NCBI GenBank assembly: GCA_031269105.1
Contig: JAISZO010000003.1
Location: 19,095-83,094, forward strand
DNA length: 64,000 nucleotides
Direction: 5' to 3'
Source of the DNA: Planctomycetaceae bacterium
Lineage (GTDB): Bacteria > Planctomycetota > Planctomycetia > Pirellulales > Thermoguttaceae
In this document: positions 59,465 to 64,000 of the stretch, piece by piece
Position numbering within the stretch: position 1 is the first letter of the stretch
Layout: the number at the start of each line of letters is the position of its first letter
Notes under the pieces: model-generated
Told to the model about the DNA's origin: nothing
Database searches by the model: none
The model's input: only the letters and a program-made list of their open reading frames with translations
Program-made: the position numbers and the translations under genes

Positions 59465-60337
59465 ATGCAAAACAAACTACAGGAAACAGCCCGCGAGTTG
59501 CTCGCGGAAAAGAAAGTCGACGTCGTCATTGGATACGGCGAAACGGAAACCGGCGCCGTTGGCGCGGTATTTATCCGCAATCCGAACGATGTCGGAAAGT
59601 TGATTTGGGACGTCCGATGCCGGACGAATCTGGCGACGTATCTCAAGCGAAAAGAAGTACGGAAGCTCGGCAAGCCCGCCGTCGTCGTCAAAGGATGCGA
59701 TAGCCGTTCGATTCGCACGCTTATTGCCGAATCGCAATTAAAGCGGGACGACGTCGTCGTTATCGGCATGGCGTGCGAGGGCGTGATTGACGAAATTCCC
59801 GGCAAAGCGAATCTCAAAGAAGGGGAACTTGCTCTCAAATGCACGGTTTGCGACGTTCATCAGCCGCTCGGTTGCGACGTCGTTATCGGCGAAACTCAAA
59901 ACGCGGAAATACCGACCGACAAACGTTACGCCGCATTGGAACGGATTACGGCGCTGCCGCCGTCGGAACGCTTGGCGTATTGGTCGAAACAGTTTGAGCG
60001 TTGTTTCAAATGTTACGCGTGCCGTCAATCCTGTCCGCTTTGTTATTGCAACGTTTGCATTGCCGATAAAAATCGTCCGGTTGCGATTGAGCAATCGAGT
60101 TCGTTGAAAGGCAACTTTGCGTGGCAGATTGTACGCGCGTTTCACTTAGCGGGACGTTGCAGCGGATGCGGCGAATGCGCTCGTGCGTGTCCTGCGGGAA
60201 TCGAGTTGACGCTATTGAATAACACGCTGGCAAAATCCGCCGAAAAACATTTCGACTACCGCGCCGGTATGAAAGACGACGGCGTTCAACTTATCGGCGC
60301 TTATTCTGAACAGGATCAGGAAGAGTTTATCCGATAA
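59465..60337 (+). CDS. 4Fe-4S dicluster oxidoreductase subunit (FrhB/Hdr-associated type)
   Basis: CFKCYACRQSCPLCYC and CSGCGECARACP cluster motifs. Confidence 0.6.
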   Translation: MQNKLQETARELLAEKKVDVVIGYGETETGAVGAVFIRNPNDVGKLIWDVRCRTNLATYLKRKEVRKLGKPAVVVKGCDSRSIRTLIAESQLKRDDVVVIGMACEGVIDEIPGKANLKEGELALKCTVCDVHQPLGCDVVIGETQNAEIPTDKRYAALERITALPPSERLAYWSKQFERCFKCYACRQSCPLCYCNVCIADKNRPVAIEQSSSLKGNFAWQIVRAFHLAGRCSGCGECARACPAGIELTLLNNTLAKSAEKHFDYRAGMKDDGVQLIGAYSEQDQEEFIR

Positions 60338-60394
60338 GGAAAAAAAGAACGACCGCAAAATGACATTGATTCTTTATAATCCAAGCATATTTTT

Positions 60395-61825
60395 ATGACA
60401 AACAATCTTTATCAATCTCTTTTAGAAAAACTGACGGCGTTTCATCAGGAACAGATTCTGATTCATTGGAACTCGCTCGACGAACCGCAACGAATGCAAT
60501 TGGCGGAACAAATTAACGCGATTGATTTTCCGCAACTGACGCGGCTTTATCAAAACCGCGACCGTCTGTTTGACGCGGCGGCGCTTGCGGAACGGGCAAA
60601 AGAGCCGCCCGCGTTTCGGTTGGAATGCGACGGAAACGCGATTTCGCGGCAAGACGCAATTCAAGCCGGAAAGGATGCGCTTGCTTCCGGTCAAGTTGCC
60701 GTGTTGGTTGTCGCGGGCGGACAAGGGACGCGGCTGGGATTTGAACATCCGAAAGGAATGTTTCCGATTGCTCCCGTTTCCGGCGCGACGCTGTTTCAGA
60801 TTCATTTTGAAAAGGTTCTCGCGCGAAACCGGCAATACGGAAAGCCGATTCCGCTTTGCGTGATGACAAGTCCCGCGACGCATGAAGAAACGGTAAAGTA
60901 TTTTGCGGAAAATCAGAGATTCGGATTGGCGGAGTCGGACGTGATTGTTTTTTGTCAGGGAACGATCCCTACCGTTTCGCTCGACGACGGTAAAATACTG
61001 CTTGCCGCGCCCGATAAGATTGCGCTCAGTCCTGATGGTCATGGCGGAGCGATTACCGCGTTGAAAAAGAACGGCGTATTAGAGAAGTTGTCGGCTTGCG
61101 GCGTCCGGCGTCTCTTTTATTTTCAGGTGGATAATCCGCTTGTGGATATTGCGAATGAAGAATTTCTCGGTTATCACATTCTTGCGGAATCGGAGTTGAC
61201 TTCGCAGGCGATCCGCAAACAAAATCCGCAAGACCGCGTGGGCAATATTGTCAGCGTTGACGGGCGGTTGCATGTGATTGAGTACAGCGATTTGCCGGAT
61301 GAAGTCGCGGAACGCCGCAAGCCGGACGGATCGCTGGAAATTTGGGCGGGCAGCATTGCGGTGCATGTGATAAATCTTGATTTTCTGCAACGTCAGGCGG
61401 AAAACGCGGCGGCGACGCCGTTTCATGTCGCCAAAAAAAAGGTATCGTATGTTGACGCGCGAGGAAATTTGGTCAAGCCGTCGGAGCCGAATGCGATTAA
61501 GTTTGAGCGTTTTATTTTTGATTTGCTTCCGTTGGCGCAAAACGCGGCGGTTGTCGAAGTGGATTCGTCGCGTCATTTTGCGCCGCTGAAAAACGCGAGC
61601 GGTTCGCCGACGGATTCGCCGGAAACGGTACGGAAACAAATATCCGATTATTTTATCGAATGGTTGACGAAATCCGGCGTAACGGTTGTTCCCGATGTGA
61701 AAGTTGAAATCAGCCCGCTTTTCGCTAACTCCGCCGAAACGTTTGCCGAAAAGGTTTTACAAAACGGAATCGCCGCTATGACAAAAGACGCGTATTTTCG
61801 AACGAAAGATGATCTTGTTTCCTAA
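60395..61825 (+). CDS. UDP-sugar (UDP-GlcNAc) pyrophosphorylase, UDPGP/UAP1 family
   Basis: VLVVAGGQGTRLGFEHPKGMFPI, SPDGHGG, YFQVDNPL. Confidence 0.8.
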   Translation: MTNNLYQSLLEKLTAFHQEQILIHWNSLDEPQRMQLAEQINAIDFPQLTRLYQNRDRLFDAAALAERAKEPPAFRLECDGNAISRQDAIQAGKDALASGQVAVLVVAGGQGTRLGFEHPKGMFPIAPVSGATLFQIHFEKVLARNRQYGKPIPLCVMTSPATHEETVKYFAENQRFGLAESDVIVFCQGTIPTVSLDDGKILLAAPDKIALSPDGHGGAITALKKNGVLEKLSACGVRRLFYFQVDNPLVDIANEEFLGYHILAESELTSQAIRKQNPQDRVGNIVSVDGRLHVIEYSDLPDEVAERRKPDGSLEIWAGSIAVHVINLDFLQRQAENAAATPFHVAKKKVSYVDARGNLVKPSEPNAIKFERFIFDLLPLAQNAAVVEVDSSRHFAPLKNASGSPTDSPETVRKQISDYFIEWLTKSGVTVVPDVKVEISPLFANSAETFAEKVLQNGIAAMTKDAYFRTKDDLVS

Positions 61826-61829
61826 GGGT

Positions 61830-62220
61830 TTTACCGGGACTTACTGACGCGAAACAGGTTAGCGATGTTTTAGATACGACGGATTGATCGATGGTTTGTC
61901 CAATACGTTGATGATTATGGAAACCGTTATCGGAAACGCGGTGAACAATTCGGAAGGAAATCAGGCAAACGGTATGATTCGCGGCGATATTTGCGTCAAC
62001 GCGACCGGAGCAAGCGCCAATCTCAGTCTTGCATCACGTCTTATACCAATGGAAAACAATACGTAACTTCAACCGGCAACATTCGCCGAATGTTCTGCGG
62101 ACGAATGTACGGAATGCCGTATATTGGAATGACGTCGTCAGCTCCGATAACAATCGGCGCTTCGCCTTACGGAATATAGGGCGCGCTCGCGACGGCGGAG
62201 AATCCGTTACGATTCCGTGA
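61830..62220 (+). pseudogene. Decayed DUF1559-family (planctomycete H-X9-DG type) gene
   Basis: IDGLSNTLMIMET core motif and tail ...ARDGGESVTIP* are spread over different frames. The N-terminal prepilin-like part is absent. Confidence 0.55.
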
Positions 62221-62245
62221 TTTTGGTAATCCGCTTTTTGTAACT

Positions 62246-62534
62246 ATTCCGTGGAATTTGCAAAAACACAATTATAATTGTTTCAATAAACCTCATTTTC
62301 TTACAAAACAACCTCTGTAGTAAAAAATCACAAAAAATCCGATCTCATTACCTTATTAAAAAATGCAAGTAAAACGCAACGTATTAAACCATTCACAAAA
62401 AATAAATGAATAATAAGATTAGTATTGGGAGGATTCATTGCGACTGATATTGTTTTGTTAAGAAAATTAGGTTGAAATGAGGTTTTTGGAAAATAAACTA
62501 ATGAACTTAAACCGCCATAAAAATCCCACGGAAT
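62246..62534. repeat. Roughly 290-bp AT-rich element with nested inverted repeats (MITE-like)
   Basis: Terminal IR: ATTCCGTGGAATTT (62246-62259) against the reverse complement of 62521-62534 (13/14). Inner IR: 62288-62311 against 62450-62485. Confidence 0.55.
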
Positions 62535-62720
62535 AATTATTTTTTTCACTTTACAATTCGTTTTTTGTTTTTATTATTTTGAATGCGAAAATTACGGAAG
62601 AACGCGGAATTTTTTGCAAGTGGAATTTGTCGCTTTGTGATTGAAACAATCCTTGCCCAATTTTTAATTTTTCGCTTTTCACTTCTTCGCAGCTTCGATG
62701 AAAGAATTTTTCGGCGTTAT

Positions 62721-63269
62721 TTAGCGCTTTTGTTTTTCCCGCAAAATTTCGGCAAGCGCGGCGAGAGATTGCGGAATGACTTTGGCGTCGCTAATTGACG
62801 TCATAAAATTTGTGTCGCCGTTCCAACGCGGAACAATATGCCAATGCAAATGTCCCGGCAAGCCGGCGCCCGCAACGCGCCCGAGATTTAAGCCGACGTT
62901 AAAGCCCTCAGGATGTAATACGTCCTCCAATAACGCAAGCCAATGATTGATTTGCTCAATCAACTCGGCGCGGATTTCCGGCAAGAGTTCGGCGAGCGTG
63001 CCGCAATGGACTTTCGGCGCAATAAGCAAATGTCCGTTGTTGTAAGGATAACGATTGAGAATGGCAATAGCGTTTTTCGATTGTCCGGCAACAAAACGCT
63101 CCGGTTGCTCCGAATCCGCAACCGCTTGACAGATGAAGCATTGAGAATCGCCGCCGTCAAGCGTTTGAATTTGCGGCTCTTTTGCCGTTTGATCTTTTGT
63201 CTTTTCAGAATCCGCCGTAATATAACTCAATCGCCAAGGCGCCCAAACGACGTCAAGTTTGTTCGTCAT
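62721..63269 (-). CDS. HIT-family nucleotide hydrolase/transferase
   Basis: Histidine triad HLHWHIVPRW and N-terminus APWRLSYI. Confidence 0.8.
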   Translation of the reverse strand: MTNKLDVVWAPWRLSYITADSEKTKDQTAKEPQIQTLDGGDSQCFICQAVADSEQPERFVAGQSKNAIAILNRYPYNNGHLLIAPKVHCGTLAELLPEIRAELIEQINHWLALLEDVLHPEGFNVGLNLGRVAGAGLPGHLHWHIVPRWNGDTNFMTSISDAKVIPQSLAALAEILREKQKR

Positions 63270-63582
63270 AATTTTTATTTCTCTTTGAGATAGGATTTAC
63301 AGAATTAACAAAAGGGAACTTTTCAAAATCTTCAACAAACAAATTGGGAATATATTTTTTTCGACAAGAGAAACAAGATTGACGGAATTTTACGAGACTT
63401 TTTATCTTGTCAATCCTGTTATGCTTGTCTAAAAAAGTTTTTAGAAGCGCCCGACCGAGAGGAAATTTTATCTCCCCGTTCCCAAACTGTCAAGCGACGA
63501 TTGAAATTTCGCCGATGCTCCGGTCTGTCCTTGAAATTGGATTGCCAGAAGGATTCGCATTTGTACTTGATTTTTATGTTTT

Positions 63583-64000
63583 TTACGCCGCGTAATCAAT
63601 CGTCTGGGAAAACGGATCGACAAATTGCGTCGGCGGAATCGCGCCGGTAACGTCGGCGATGATTCCTTCGCGAATCAATTGCAACGCTCCCTGTAAAATA
63701 CATTCTTGCGAGTACATTTGTTCCTCCGGCGAACTTGAAAACGTTTGACGCATCATTTCGCGAAGCGTTATCTGTTCGTAAACCGGAAATTGCGAAATGA
63801 CGCGGTCGGCAAAAATCGGGTCGCACGCGGATAACGCGCAAAGCGTCAAATCGCTGTTTTGTCCGCGAAATAATACGGCTAAATCAAAATCGTCCAGTAA
63901 CGCGAGACGTTCAAACGCGATAAGCGGCGCGTCGTATGTTTCTTCGCCGTAAATTGAATCGTCCCGATCATTTTGATATTCCGGCTCGTCCGTTTCCTGA
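63583..64000 (-). CDS. Partial gene (N-terminus beyond the window) with a FliG_C/MgtE_N-like helical domain
   Basis: Frame is open to nt 64000. FERLALLDDFDLAVLFRGQNSDLTLCALSACDPIFADRVISQFP...LREMM resembles a FliG C-terminal-type repeat. Confidence 0.3.
   Translation of the reverse strand, partial: QETDEPEYQNDRDDSIYGEETYDAPLIAFERLALLDDFDLAVLFRGQNSDLTLCALSACDPIFADRVISQFPVYEQITLREMMRQTFSSSPEEQMYSQECILQGALQLIREGIIADVTGAIPPTQFVDPFSQTIDYAA

Noticed and set aside
62328-62549. 73-aa minus-strand ORF inside the nested inverted-repeat element
   Set aside because: It is AT-rich and low-complexity, has no motifs and is explained by the repeat element.

Overview
Bacterial chromosome segment, moderately AT-rich by eye. 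Gene content suggests a PVC/Planctomycetota-like anaerobe: a DUF1559 remnant, a BatA-like VWA protein, very large orphan proteins and MvhD-type redox genes. This taxonomic call is inference only. All family assignments come from motifs read in the translations; no searches were run.

Layout:
- 1-7.0 kb: the 3' part of a type III-B (Cmr) CRISPR-Cas locus. It runs cmr3 (cut by the window edge), cmr4, cmr5, cmr6, a CARF-HEPN Csx1/Csm6-like effector, a small Csx20-like protein, cas1 and cas2. No CRISPR array lies next to cas2 or anywhere else in the window.
- 7-28.7 kb: mostly housekeeping genes (ispD, EF-P-like, aminotransferase, PfkB kinase, DinG, xseA, aroH, pyrH, VWA protein). Also here are an Rpn-type PD-(D/E)XK nuclease and a 1404-aa orphan protein.
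- 29-52.6 kb: a surface-polysaccharide locus (WecA-like primer, wecB, wzx, wzy, three GTs, FrhB-like plus pyruvyl transferase, radical SAM, O-acyltransferase). It is heavily invaded and rearranged. It carries three orphan ATPase/nuclease genes, an AbiE-type TA pair, a RAYT transposase with a REP/REPIN family, several gene stumps and a duplicated gene junction. It also holds two simple-sequence repeats placed to act as frame switches.
- 52.7-64 kb: GT-C membrane protein, tyrS, a redox operon interrupted by a zeta-like ATPase module, a UDP-sugar pyrophosphorylase, a decayed DUF1559 gene, a HIT protein and a partial FliG_C-like gene.

I cannot point to one clearly new system. The best candidates are the REP/RAYT/REPIN family tied to defence-like cassettes, the SSR switches in the glycan locus, the extended Cmr6, and the ATPase plus membrane-anchored antitoxin-like pair inside the MvhD/Fe-S operon. 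I saw no tRNA or rRNA genes.
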